Assembly (NCBI GenBank): GCA_012800155.1
Contig: JAAZJX010000002.1
Coordinates: 1 to 55,515, forward strand
Length of the DNA: 55,515 nt
Origin: Candidatus Magasanikiibacteriota bacterium
GTDB lineage: Bacteria > Patescibacteriota > Patescibacteriia > Magasanikbacterales > UBA922
Reading direction: 5' to 3'
Under the pieces are notes generated by a model that was given only the letters and a program-made list of their open reading frames with translations, was not told where the DNA came from and searched no databases. How positions within the stretch are numbered: position 1 is the stretch's first letter; every line of letters begins with the position of its first letter. Made by a program: the position numbers and the translations under genes. Below, in pieces: positions 1 to 9,859 of the stretch.

Positions 1-442
1 CTCGGCGCAATTTTTGACGCAACCCTCTTTTAGTATTCTCTGAAAGATTATCAACAAAGTATTTTGATTGCCCAAAAGCGATATTCAACATGAATTTGCC
101 TTGCGGGGTCGGCTCAAACCAAAATGTCGGGGATTTTAGCGCTCTGATTTTTCCGGTGTCTATCAAGAAAATTATCCGTCCGCCGTCTATGCTGTTTCTC
201 GCCAATCTGTCGGGGTGCCACGCTAAAATCCCCTCGGCCTCGCCGCGCTCCATTCGTTTGAGCATATCGTTGAAAATCGGTCTGCCCGGCTCTTTGGCGG
301 TTTGTGATTCGCGGAATGTCGCGGCGATCGACAAATTTTCCCGCAAGGCAAATTCTTTCAGTTCTGTTTCTTGCGCGTCTAGCGATAAAACTTGTCTGTC
401 GTCTTCGTCGGTTGATTTTCTAATGTATAAAAAGTATTTCAT
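1..442 (-). CDS. Large serine recombinase (resolvase-family catalytic domain), runs off the window edge
   Basis: Manual translation from ATG at 442: MKYFLYIRKSTDEDDRQVLSLDAQ...GRPIFNDML...WHPDRLARN...SENTKRGLRQKLRR. It has the Y-x-R-x-S catalytic motif and the DRLAR motif. Missed by the ORF track. G+C is higher than in the flanks. Confidence 0.93.
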   Translation of the reverse strand, partial: MKYFLYIRKSTDEDDRQVLSLDAQETELKEFALRENLSIAATFRESQTAKEPGRPIFNDMLKRMERGEAEGILAWHPDRLARNSIDGGRIIFLIDTGKIRALKSPTFWFEPTPQGKFMLNIAFGQSKYFVDNLSENTKRGLRQKLRR

Positions 443-661
443 ATTGCTTTTGGGCTATTAAAAATTATCGCTTTGCTTTCCGCCACAGGCGGAAGAAAAA
501 GGATTGGCTCATAAACTTCGTTTATCCGTTGCTTCGCAACGGCGAACCGTGTTTTGCTTTCGCAAAAGGTGGCGATTGAACCTAAAAAATCTTGGCAAAT
601 ACTATACAATCTGCCTGCCGAGGCGCGAAGCGCCGAGGCAATAAACTCGCAACATACAATT
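1..661. mobile_element. Edge of a tRNA-anchored integrated or rearranging element
   Basis: G+C rises abruptly immediately 3' of tRNA-Gln (minus strand), and the segment contains a recombinase and several GC hairpins. Confidence 0.6.
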
Positions 662-724
662 TGGCTCCGAGACATGGATTCGAACCATGATATTCGCCTC
701 CAGAGGGCGAAGTCCTACCATTAG
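515..724 (+). pseudogene. Start-less ORF resembling a detached serine recombinase C-terminal tail, reading antisense through the tRNA
   Basis: Open frame ...ANRVLLSQKVAIEPKKSWQILYNLPAEARSAEAINSQHTIWLRDMDSNHDIRLQRAKSYH*. The resemblance to CPR recombinase tails is from recall and unverified. Confidence 0.4.
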
Positions 725-735
725 ACGATCTCGGA
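662..735 (-). tRNA. tRNA-Gln(CTG)
   Basis: Reverse complement TCCGAGATCGTCTAATGGTAGGACTTCGCCCTCTGGAGGCGAATATCATGGTTCGAATCCATGTCTCGGAGCCA folds as a cloverleaf, with anticodon arm TCGCC-CTCTGGA-GGCGA, a GTTCGAA T-loop and an encoded CCA. Confidence 0.96.
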
Positions 736-764
736 ATTAGTTTATATTTTTGTAAAAGTTAATG

Positions 765-2363
765 TTAAGATATTATTTCGCCACCAAAACTGGAAGCTAA
801 ATTTTGAATATCGTTTTTATCTTGATTTATTTCTTTTTCTTGAACAACTGCTTCTATACGAATTTTATGTCCGAGAATATCTGACATAATATTTTCTAGA
901 TTTCTTTGACAAATTTTATCATTCAATTTATTAGCATGAAAAGAGTATTGTACACCAATTTTTAATAAATTATTTTCTAAATTTAAAATTTCAGACATTT
1001 TGAGAATAAAAATAAGAGAAGGATGTTCTTTTTCTACTTGAGAAATAAAATTGGTCCATTTTTTTTCTATATCAATTAAAGAAAATTCAATTGGTTTGTT
1101 AACAATATTTTTTACTTTTTCGGTAAAAGAAGTTTTTTTATTTTCTTTTGTTAAAGAAGCCTTATTGTTTGTTGATTCTTTATTTTCTTTAGTGATTGGT
1201 TCTTTTTTAGTTACTTCTTTTTTTTCGTTGTTAGATTTATTTGGAGTAGTAAAATTATTATCATCTTGGTTATTTTCTTTTTTTTCACACCATTCTAAAA
1301 GCACTAATTGCAAAGGCAGTTCAGGAATGGGGGAAAGACGGATTTGTTGACTGCGTTTCATTATTAAATCAATTAAAATAATTAAATCTGTATAACTAAT
1401 TTGTTGATTAATTTTATCAATTTCTTTTTTTACTTTGTCATTAACATCAAGAATAAAAGCAGCTTGAGGATCAGCTTTATTTATCATCATTGCGTGTAAT
1501 AATTCTAATAAATCAATATTAAATTGATTAAAATTAATTCCATCATCTACTAAACTTTTTATTAAATTCATTCCATTTTCAATATCTTTGTTTATCAAAG
1601 AAGAAACAAAAGTAAAGGTTTTTTCAATATTAGTGTTGGGAAGTACAAGACTGGCTGTTTCAGAATCTATATTTTTTTCACCAGTAGCCATAAGTTGGTC
1701 AAGCAAGCTAATCGCATCGCGAGCGCAACCATCACTTTTGTTAATAATTCTTTCTAATACTTCTTTGGTGATTTTAATTTTTTCTGCTTTGGCAATATTT
1801 TCTAAATGTTTATTCATAGTTTCATGCGGAATCTTTTTGAAAGCAAATCGTTGACAGCGGGAAATAATAGTAGCTGGAAGTTTATGAAGTTCAGTAGTAG
1901 CTAGAATAAAAATAATATGTTCTGGTGGTTCTTCTAAAGTTTTTAGTAAAGCATTAAAAGCGCTGGTAGATAACATGTGGACTTCATCAATAATAAATAC
2001 TTTGTATTTAGATTTAGTAGGTTTGAATTGTACATTGTCAATAATATTTTCTTTGACATTATCTACTCCAGTATGAGAAGCTGCGTCAATTTCAATCACA
2101 TCAATAGCTCGAGAATGAGTAATTTCTTGACAAGAAGAACATTGATTGCAAGGATCAAAATTTTTATCTTGGCGATTTTCACAATTTACTGCTTTGGCAA
2201 TAACTCTAGCTAAAGTTGTTTTTCCTACACCTCTGGGACCAGAAAAAAGATAAGCATGATTTATCTTATTATGAATAATTTGATTGGAAATAGTTTTGAC
2301 AATATGTTCTTGACCAATAATAGAAGAAAAATCTTGAGGTCGATATTTTAAATATAGAGCCAT
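765..2363 (-). CDS. dnaX: DNA polymerase III subunit gamma/tau
   Basis: LYLKYRPQDF, GPRGVGKTT Walker A, Cys zinc motif, IIDEVHML, SRC motif. Confidence 0.97.
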   Translation of the reverse strand: MALYLKYRPQDFSSIIGQEHIVKTISNQIIHNKINHAYLFSGPRGVGKTTLARVIAKAVNCENRQDKNFDPCNQCSSCQEITHSRAIDVIEIDAASHTGVDNVKENIIDNVQFKPTKSKYKVFIIDEVHMLSTSAFNALLKTLEEPPEHIIFILATTELHKLPATIISRCQRFAFKKIPHETMNKHLENIAKAEKIKITKEVLERIINKSDGCARDAISLLDQLMATGEKNIDSETASLVLPNTNIEKTFTFVSSLINKDIENGMNLIKSLVDDGINFNQFNIDLLELLHAMMINKADPQAAFILDVNDKVKKEIDKINQQISYTDLIILIDLIMKRSQQIRLSPIPELPLQLVLLEWCEKKENNQDDNNFTTPNKSNNEKKEVTKKEPITKENKESTNNKASLTKENKKTSFTEKVKNIVNKPIEFSLIDIEKKWTNFISQVEKEHPSLIFILKMSEILNLENNLLKIGVQYSFHANKLNDKICQRNLENIMSDILGHKIRIEAVVQEKEINQDKNDIQNLASSFGGEIIS

Positions 2364-2476
2364 AATAATTGTTTTTTTCTAAAAAAGTTATTTAAACTAT
2401 CAATATTATATAATAATTATTCTTGACAGTAAAGATGGCTTGTGTAGATGAGATATACACAATTTGAGATTTTCTA

Positions 2477-2505
2477 TTGCCAGAAGTATCAGTTTATGCT
2501 ATAAT
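2477..2505 (+). promoter_or_regulatory. sigma70-type promoter for the SWIB gene
   Basis: TTGCCA-17bp-TATAAT with an extended TG. Confidence 0.6.
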
Positions 2506-2546
2506 GTTACTGTTAATTTAAATTTTAGTCATTTAACTAAAAAATT

Positions 2547-2801
2547 ATGCCAAGAAAAATCAATCCAGCTTTGATGAAACCTATGACAGTTTCTTCTGAG
2601 CTAGAAGCCGTTGTCGGCAAAGGACCAATGCCTCGTGCACAAGTAGTAAAAAAACTTTGGGAATATATTAAGAAAAATAATTTGCAAAATCCAGAAAATA
2701 AGAGAAATATTTTTGCAGATGATAAATTATTACCAATTTTCGGTAAGAAAGAAGTAAATATGTTTGAAATGACTAAATTAGTTTCCAAACATTTATCATA
2801 A
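2547..2801 (+). CDS. Stand-alone SWIB/MDM2-domain protein
   Basis: S-x-EL...VG...RAQVVKKLWEYIKKNNLQNPENKRNI-x-ADD-x-L pattern. Confidence 0.9.
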   Translation: MPRKINPALMKPMTVSSELEAVVGKGPMPRAQVVKKLWEYIKKNNLQNPENKRNIFADDKLLPIFGKKEVNMFEMTKLVSKHLS

Positions 2802-2811
2802 ATAGATAAGA

Positions 2812-2844
2812 AAAATCCCTCCGCTATAATAGCGGAGGGATTTT
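2812..2844. terminator. Bidirectional intrinsic terminator
   Basis: AAAATCCCTCCGCTA-TAA-TAGCGGAGGGATTTT between convergent genes. Confidence 0.9.
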
Positions 2845-2865
2845 GTTTTTATTATATTAAAAATT

Positions 2866-4194
2866 TTAATATTCCATTTCAAAAATTCCTAAGATATTAG
2901 CAATTTTACCAAAAAAATAAATTTTTCTATTTTTGATATTATTTCCAATACTATAAATTTCAATATTTTTTAGAAGTTCATGATTGGTGAAATATCGAGA
3001 ATTGAAACCAACTAGACGATTGTTATATAAAATTAAAGTAGTGTCATTATTTTCTGTAGATAAAATATTTTTGATAACTTCACTAGTGCGAGTATATAGT
3101 TCATATTCACCATTTTCTTTTAGAGACCACATTTCCCAAGGTGTCCAAGCAAACCAACCATTATTATCAGAATAAGGTATGAGATTATCAATATTTATTT
3201 CATAATTAATAATAACATGGGAATCTTTCAAAGTACCAGCAAGCACTTTTTCTTCTTTTTTCATTAAGATAAATTTATTTTTAAAATAAATTATTTTTTG
3301 AATATTTGGTTCAGATAAATGAAAAAAATCAAGATTATTTTTTATTAATTTTTTGTTTTCTAAAATCCAAATATTTTCTTGATTATCTACATACCAGACA
3401 GAGGAAGTAGTTGTAGCTAAATTATTTTTGTTTTTATTACTTAATTTTATTATTTTATTATTTTGATTTACAAATAAAATTCCTGAATGTTGATTGTTGG
3501 ACCATTGATAAGAATTTATATCTTTATTAAAAGAATAATTTTCTGATAATTCTGGATTATTTGGATTAAAAATTTCAATATTTATTTTATTTTTTTTAAT
3601 AGTTTTTATCATGGCAAAATCACTATATTGAGACCAATTAACTTCTAGATTGTCAGTCATAACTTCTTCACGAATAATTTGATTTATTTTTTTATTGTTA
3701 GTGTTGTATAAGAATAATTCAAAAATTGAATCTTTTTTTGTGAGAATGATAATATAAACACCATTGCGATTAGGATAAATATTTTGAATGTTTGAGGGAT
3801 CTATATCTTCTAAAATTTTAATTGGTAAACTTTGTTTAAAAAGTGTGATATCTTTGATATAAGTAGTTTTTTTACTTTCTATATTTACATCTTTGATCCA
3901 GTCATGATAGCCTTCTTTTTGAATTTTTACATTATAAATACCAGGAGCACGATTATTTAATTTAATAGGAATAGTTTGGTTTATTTTTATATTATTTAAA
4001 TAAATACTTGAATCTTTGGGTTTGATATCAATGTTGATTACTCCAGTTTGTCTAATTTCTCGTTTTTTCCAATCATAACGATAACCAACAGTATAAGAAA
4101 TAACAATTGGTGAAATAACAAAAAAAGAAAAAATAAAGAATGACATTATAATTATGCGTACTCGGCGATTTAAATTTGTTTTAGGATAATCCAT
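2866..4194 (-). CDS. Membrane-anchored PEGA-domain protein
   Basis: N-terminal TM helix, GYRYD..TG.I.I...P motif, and PG.YNV.I.KEGY..W PEGA signature. Confidence 0.8.
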   Translation of the reverse strand: MDYPKTNLNRRVRIIIMSFFIFSFFVISPIVISYTVGYRYDWKKREIRQTGVINIDIKPKDSSIYLNNIKINQTIPIKLNNRAPGIYNVKIQKEGYHDWIKDVNIESKKTTYIKDITLFKQSLPIKILEDIDPSNIQNIYPNRNGVYIIILTKKDSIFELFLYNTNNKKINQIIREEVMTDNLEVNWSQYSDFAMIKTIKKNKINIEIFNPNNPELSENYSFNKDINSYQWSNNQHSGILFVNQNNKIIKLSNKNKNNLATTTSSVWYVDNQENIWILENKKLIKNNLDFFHLSEPNIQKIIYFKNKFILMKKEEKVLAGTLKDSHVIINYEINIDNLIPYSDNNGWFAWTPWEMWSLKENGEYELYTRTSEVIKNILSTENNDTTLILYNNRLVGFNSRYFTNHELLKNIEIYSIGNNIKNRKIYFFGKIANILGIFEMEY

Positions 4195-4272
4195 AAAAAA
4201 TTCAACTTGATTATGTTTGTTTTTTGCTATACAATAATACTACTGTAAATTATCTATAAAATCAACTTTTTT

Positions 4273-5529
4273 ATGGGGAAATATATTATTCAGGGAGGAA
4301 AAACTTTGTCAGGAGTTTTGCCAGTTAGTGGAGCTAAAAATGCTACTTTACCAATTTTAGCTTGTACTTTAATTGCTGAAGGAACATATTTTTTAAATAA
4401 TGTTCCAGCTTTAAAAGATGTGGAAGTTATGATTAAATTGTTGGAACATTTTGGTTTAAAAATTGAAAAAATTGCTCAAAATTCTTATAAAATAATAAAT
4501 AATGGATTGCAAACTTTGGAAGCGCCTTATGAATTAGTTAGTATTATGAGAGCTTCTTTTTTAGTTATGGGACCACTCTTGGCTCATCGAGGTGAAGCTC
4601 GTGTATCTATGCCCGGCGGTTGTGCGATTGGTAATCGACCAATAGATATTCATCTAAAAGGTTTTGAACAATTAGGAGCAACTATAAAAACTGAACATGG
4701 ATTTATTTCAGCCAAAGCTAAAAATTTGATTGGTAAAGAAATTTATCTTGATTTTCCTACTGTTACAGGCACAGAAAATCTTATTATGGCAGCTGTTTTA
4801 TCCAAAGGAATAACTATTTTGAATAATGCTGCGCGCGAACCAGAAGTAGAAGATTTAGGTAATTTTTTAAATAAAATGGGAGCGAAGATTACTGGTTTGG
4901 GCACAGATAGAATTATTATTGAAGGAGTAGAAAAATTATTTCCTTGTGAATATAATATTATTCCTGATCGAATTGAAGCTGGAACTTTTTTAATTTTATC
5001 TGCTTTGACTGGAGGAAATATTGTGATTAAGGGAGTTAATATGGAACATTTAACTAGTTTTAAAACTAAATTAGAAGAAATAGGCATAAATTTTAAAATT
5101 AATGGTGATGAAGTTCAAGTTCAAGCTGATCTTAATAATTTTAAACCAACTAATATAATAACTTTACCTTATCCTGGTTTTCCAACTGATCTTCAAGCTC
5201 AAACAATTGTTTTACTTGCTATGATTAAAGGAAATAGTGAGATGAAAGAAACAATTTTTGAAAATCGTTTTAGACATGTTCCTGAACTCAATCGTATGGG
5301 CGCAAATATAAAAATAGAAGGCAATGTAGCCAGTATTAACGGACCAACAAATTTTCAAGGTGCTGAAGTTGAAGCTACTGATTTAAGAGCTGGCGCTTGT
5401 CTTGTGATTGCTGGATTGATTTCTTCTAATACTACAATTCTTAATAATATTGAACACATTGAACGCGGTTATGAAAATTTAGTAGAAAGATTACAAGCAA
5501 TTGGCGCAGAAATTAAAAAAAGTGAATAA
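4273..5529 (+). CDS. murA: UDP-N-acetylglucosamine 1-carboxyvinyltransferase
   Basis: SGAKNA, MRAS, PGGCAIG.RP (active-site Cys), [18 protein letters not shown]. Confidence 0.98.
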   Translation: MGKYIIQGGKTLSGVLPVSGAKNATLPILACTLIAEGTYFLNNVPALKDVEVMIKLLEHFGLKIEKIAQNSYKIINNGLQTLEAPYELVSIMRASFLVMGPLLAHRGEARVSMPGGCAIGNRPIDIHLKGFEQLGATIKTEHGFISAKAKNLIGKEIYLDFPTVTGTENLIMAAVLSKGITILNNAAREPEVEDLGNFLNKMGAKITGLGTDRIIIEGVEKLFPCEYNIIPDRIEAGTFLILSALTGGNIVIKGVNMEHLTSFKTKLEEIGINFKINGDEVQVQADLNNFKPTNIITLPYPGFPTDLQAQTIVLLAMIKGNSEMKETIFENRFRHVPELNRMGANIKIEGNVASINGPTNFQGAEVEATDLRAGACLVIAGLISSNTTILNNIEHIERGYENLVERLQAIGAEIKKSE

Positions 5530-5541
5530 ATTATAAAATAT

Positions 5542-6174
5542 ATGAAACAAGATTATACTTCTGAACAAAAAAATTTTATTAATTATATTTCTAAAAAAGT
5601 GAGAAATTTATTTTTAAATTATCCTGAACCAGCTCATGGAATAGATCATATTGAAAGAGTTGTGAATTGGGCTAAAGAAATTGCTAAAAAAGAAAATGCT
5701 CGTAGTATTTTTTTGTGTGAATTATCTGCTTGGTTGCATGATATTGGACGAACAAGAGAAGATAATCCAGGAGAAAATACTAGAAAACATCATGAATTAT
5801 CTTATGAAATGTTACGAGAATGGTTTCGTGAAGATGAAAATTTTGCTATTTTGAATGATGAAGAAAAGAAAGAATTATTATATGCAGTTAGATATCATTG
5901 GAATAATGCTGCTGATGATTATGATACAGCTTGGATTTTACGCGATGCAGATAAATTAGATATTTTTGGTAAACAAGGTCTTGATCGAGCTTGGAAATTT
6001 ATGAAAGATAATGATGCGCTTTGGAATCAACATTTACGCAATATGTCAGATTATTTTGCTTATGTACACACTGATACAGCTAAAAAAATTATTAAAGACA
6101 ATAATTTTCAAACTATGAGTAAGGAAGTTTATAGAGATTATTTGAAATCAAAGATAAAACCAGTTGAATTATGA
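5542..6174 (+). CDS. HD-domain phosphohydrolase
   Basis: AHGIDHIERV, WLHDIG, DADKLD. Confidence 0.9.
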   Translation: MKQDYTSEQKNFINYISKKVRNLFLNYPEPAHGIDHIERVVNWAKEIAKKENARSIFLCELSAWLHDIGRTREDNPGENTRKHHELSYEMLREWFREDENFAILNDEEKKELLYAVRYHWNNAADDYDTAWILRDADKLDIFGKQGLDRAWKFMKDNDALWNQHLRNMSDYFAYVHTDTAKKIIKDNNFQTMSKEVYRDYLKSKIKPVEL

Positions 6175-7229
6175 AGTCAAGAGGGAAAATTTTAGTAGCA
6201 ATGTCTGGTGGTGTGGATTCTTCGGTTGTTGCAGCTTTATTAGTAAAACAAGGTTATGATGTTACTGGCGCTTTTATGATTAATTATAATGAAACTGATG
6301 GTGATTGTTGGCGTGGAGATTATCAAGATGCAGTGCGAGTGGCAGCAAAATTAAATATTCCCTTATTACGATTAGATTTTACTAAAGAATATAAAGAAAA
6401 AGTTTTGGATTACATGTATGCTGAATATGAAAAAGGACGAACACCAAATCCAGATGTACTTTGTAATAAATTTGTTAAATTTGGAGTATGGCTGGATAAA
6501 ATAAAAGAATTAGGTTTTGATAAAATTGCGACTGGACATTATGCTACTATAAAACAAAAATTTTCAAAGTCAAAAGTTAAAATTTACAATCTAATTAGAG
6601 CTAAAGATGAGAATAAAGATCAAACTTATTTTTTACACCAACTCAATCAAGAACAATTAAGTCAAATTTTGTTTCCTTTGGGAAAATATACCAAATCAGA
6701 GGTGCGTAAATTAGCTAAGAAATTTGCTTTACCAACTTCAACTAAAGAAGAGAGTATGGGAATTTGTTTTATAGGAGAAGTACCAATAAAAGAATTTTTA
6801 GAAAATAAAATAAAAACAAAATCTGGTGATATTATATTATCTACTACTGGAGAAAAAATTGGTGAACATGATGGATTAGCTTTTTATACGCTTGGACAAC
6901 GACATGGTTTTTCTCAAACTGGTGGCACTAAACCATTATTTGTAGTAGGAAAAGATCAGACGACTAATCAATTATTAGTTGGCTATGAAGATGATTCTAG
7001 ATTATGGACAAAAGAAATTGAAGTGGAAGATTTTCATTGGATTGCTGGAATTAAACCAAAATTTCCTTTACCAGTTAAAGTTAGATTGCGTCATCGTCAA
7101 GAATTACAAAATTGTATTGTAGAAAATAATAAAATTATTTTTAAAAAATCTCAACGCGCAGCTACTCCAGGTCAATTTGCGGTTATTTACAAAAACCGAG
7201 TTTGTCTGGGCGGGGGAGTAATAAAATAA
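6171..7229 (+). CDS. mnmA: tRNA 2-thiouridylase
   Basis: AMSGGVDS, TPNPDVLCN, ATGHYA, KDQTYFL, ESMGICF, TPGQ. Confidence 0.97.
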   Translation: MKSRGKILVAMSGGVDSSVVAALLVKQGYDVTGAFMINYNETDGDCWRGDYQDAVRVAAKLNIPLLRLDFTKEYKEKVLDYMYAEYEKGRTPNPDVLCNKFVKFGVWLDKIKELGFDKIATGHYATIKQKFSKSKVKIYNLIRAKDENKDQTYFLHQLNQEQLSQILFPLGKYTKSEVRKLAKKFALPTSTKEESMGICFIGEVPIKEFLENKIKTKSGDIILSTTGEKIGEHDGLAFYTLGQRHGFSQTGGTKPLFVVGKDQTTNQLLVGYEDDSRLWTKEIEVEDFHWIAGIKPKFPLPVKVRLRHRQELQNCIVENNKIIFKKSQRAATPGQFAVIYKNRVCLGGGVIK

Positions 7230-7233
7230 AAAT

Positions 7234-7362
7234 ATGAATACTGTAAATTATGTTGGCGTAGAGCAGCCATCATTAGTTCCTAATATGTTAGTCTCTGGTT
7301 TGGGAATATTTTTGTTGGTGGGAGTAATAATTTTTATTGCTTTCAAATATATAAAAGATTAA
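7234..7362 (+). CDS. Small 42-aa single-pass membrane protein
   Basis: MNTVNYVGVEQPSLVPNMLVSGLGIFLLVGVIIFIAFKYIKD*. ATG lies 4 nt after the mnmA stop. Hydrophobic helix followed by a basic tail. Confidence 0.55.
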   Translation: MNTVNYVGVEQPSLVPNMLVSGLGIFLLVGVIIFIAFKYIKD

Positions 7363-7498
7363 ATATTGTTATTTTGAATAAAGTGAGTTGAATGAAATTA
7401 TTGTGTTTAAAAATAAGCAAGAAAGATCTTCTATATATTTTTTAATAAAAGACTTTTAAGTTTTACTTTGTTTTGCTCAGGATGACAGGGTAACTATT

Positions 7499-7527
7499 TT
7501 GACTTTATTAGATAAACTGGCTAAGAT
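7499..7527 (+). promoter_or_regulatory. Putative sigma70 promoter for alaS
   Basis: TTGACT-17bp-TAAGAT. Confidence 0.45.
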
Positions 7528-7586
7528 ATAATAAAATTAAAAAATAAAAAATTAATCATATTATAAATAATTTGAATAAGTAATTT

Positions 7587-9506
7587 ATGCTTACTTCTAA
7601 ACAACTTCGTCAAAAATATTTAGAATTTTTTAAATCTAAGGGTCATGCGATTATTCCTTCAGCTTCTTTGATTCCTGAAAATGATCCTACGACACTTTTT
7701 ACTAGCGCTGGAATGCAACCAATGATTCCTTTTTTGTTAGGAGAAAGTCATCCAGCTGGTAAAAGAATTGCTGATTCTCAAAAGTGTTTTCGTACTCAAG
7801 ATATTGAGGCTGTGGGTGATAATCGTCACACTATATTTTTTGAAATGTTAGGAAATTGGTCTTTGGGAGATTATTTTAAAAAAGAACAAATTGATTGGAT
7901 GTTTGAATTTTTGATAAAAGAAATTGGTCTTGATCCTAATAAATTATTTATTACTTGTTTTCGAGGAGATGCAGAAATTAATATTCCTCGTGATGAGGAA
8001 GCAGCTAAATTATGGCAAGATAAATTTACTAGTATTGGTATAGAAGCTAAAATTGTTGATAATGCTGAAGAAAAAGGTTTGCAAGATGGAAAAATATTTT
8101 ATTATGATGCTACAAAAAATTGGTGGAGTCGCGCTGGTATTCCAGAAAAAATGCCAATTGGTGAGCCGGGTGGTCCAGATAGTGAAATGTTTTGGGATTT
8201 TGGTTCAGCGTTAGGTTTACACGAAAAATCTTTATGGAAAGATCAGCCTTGCCATGTTAATTGTGATTGTGGTCGTTTTATGGAAATTGGTAATAATGTT
8301 TTTATGCAATATATAAGAACAGCTGAGGGTTTTGAAGAACTAAAACAAAAAAATATTGATTTTGGTGGAGGATTGGAGAGAATAATGGCTGCTTTGAATA
8401 ATAATTCAGATATGTTTGCTATTGATTTATTTACTAAAGTTAAAAATAAATTAGAAGAACTAACTAACAAAAAATATAATGAAAGTGAAAAAATCACTTA
8501 TGCTTTTCGGGTTATTTTGGATCATTTACGAGCAGCTACTTTTTTGATTGCTGATGGAGCGATTCCTTCAAATAAAGATCAAGGTTATTTTACTAGACGA
8601 ATAATTCGTCGTTCAGTTCGCTTTGCTCGAGATCTAGGTATTAATAATAATTTTTGTTCAGAAATTTCTAAACTTTATATTGAAGAATATCAAGAAGCTT
8701 ATCCAGATTTAATAAAGAAAAAAGATTATATTTTGCGTGAATTACAAACTGAAGAAGAAAAGTTTAGAAAAACTTTGGAAGATGGTTTGAAAGAATTTGA
8801 AAAATTATTAAAAGGTTTTCAAATAGCTCAAGAAAAAACTGGTCAAAAAATTACTGAGATTTCTGGTAAACAGGCTTTCAAACTTTATGATACTTATGGT
8901 TTCCCTTTGGAAATGACTGAAGAATTAGCTAAAGAAAATAATTTAATTATTGATAAAAAAGGTTTTGCTGAAGCTTTTGCCAAACATCAAGAACTTTCTC
9001 GTGTTGGCGCTGAACAAAAATTTAAAGGCGGTCTAGCAGATGATTCAGAACAATCTACTAAATATCATACTGCCACACACTTACTTTTGGCTGCACTTCG
9101 TCATGTATTAGGAGCAGATATTGTTCAAAAAGGAAGTAACATTACTGCTGAGCGTTTGCGTTTTGATTTTAATTGGCCAGAAAAATTGACCACTGAACAA
9201 ATTAAAGCTGTAGAAGATTTAGTTAATCAAAAAATTGCTGAAAAAATTCCTGTTACTATGATGGAAATGCCTAAAACTGAAGCTAAAGATATTGTTACTG
9301 TAAGATCATTTGATTTAGAAAAATATGGTGAGATGGTGAAAGTATATAAGATTAGTGATCCTTTAGCAGGTTCGGAGCAGGTTTTCAGTGCAGAATTTTG
9401 TGGTGGTCCTCATGTAGAAAATACTGGTGTACTTGGTCATTTTAAAATTATTAAAGAAGAAGCTTCTAGTGCTGGAGTGAGAAGGATTAAGGCGATATTA
9501 GAGTAA
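7587..9506 (+). CDS. alaS: Alanine--tRNA ligase, short form without the C-Ala domain
   Basis: DPTTLFTSAGM, FFEMLGNWS.GDYFK, DFGGGLER, editing motifs HTATH and FCGGPH; ends GVRRIKA. Confidence 0.97.
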   Translation: MLTSKQLRQKYLEFFKSKGHAIIPSASLIPENDPTTLFTSAGMQPMIPFLLGESHPAGKRIADSQKCFRTQDIEAVGDNRHTIFFEMLGNWSLGDYFKKEQIDWMFEFLIKEIGLDPNKLFITCFRGDAEINIPRDEEAAKLWQDKFTSIGIEAKIVDNAEEKGLQDGKIFYYDATKNWWSRAGIPEKMPIGEPGGPDSEMFWDFGSALGLHEKSLWKDQPCHVNCDCGRFMEIGNNVFMQYIRTAEGFEELKQKNIDFGGGLERIMAALNNNSDMFAIDLFTKVKNKLEELTNKKYNESEKITYAFRVILDHLRAATFLIADGAIPSNKDQGYFTRRIIRRSVRFARDLGINNNFCSEISKLYIEEYQEAYPDLIKKKDYILRELQTEEEKFRKTLEDGLKEFEKLLKGFQIAQEKTGQKITEISGKQAFKLYDTYGFPLEMTEELAKENNLIIDKKGFAEAFAKHQELSRVGAEQKFKGGLADDSEQSTKYHTATHLLLAALRHVLGADIVQKGSNITAERLRFDFNWPEKLTTEQIKAVEDLVNQKIAEKIPVTMMEMPKTEAKDIVTVRSFDLEKYGEMVKVYKISDPLAGSEQVFSAEFCGGPHVENTGVLGHFKIIKEEASSAGVRRIKAILE

Positions 9507-9588
9507 AGTTTATTGATGATTTTTGATTTATAAAAATTAAAATTTTTACTTTATGTGTTTTTTTGAAAGAGTTTTTAGGTTTATCAAG

Positions 9589-9597
9589 TTATCCACA
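9589..9597 (+). promoter_or_regulatory. Perfect DnaA box
   Basis: TTATCCACA. One-mismatch copies at 9831-9839 (TTATTCACA) and 9899-9907 (TTATCCACT). Confidence 0.5.
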
Positions 9598-9859
9598 TTT
9601 ATAGTATAATTTGTTCAGAGGTAAAAATAAAATGAAACCTTTTTTAATTATCTTTATTCATTTCGTCATTAATTTACTAAATATTTTATAGTTGGTTTTT
9701 CTGGAATTTCTTTTTATATAAATATTAGGTCTATAAACAAGATATAAAATAAATTGAAAAAAATATAAAATAGAGTTTTTATTATTTAATAAATAAAAAA
9801 TTGAAATTAATAAAAATTAGCTAAATTAACTTATTCACAGCCTAGCTCTTTATATTCTC

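Noticed and set aside
90..461. 123-aa + strand ORF
   Set aside because: Antisense shadow of the serine recombinase, which carries the real motifs on the minus strand.
439..675. 78-aa minus strand ORF
   Set aside because: Starts inside the tRNA and crosses hairpins; no recognisable protein features.
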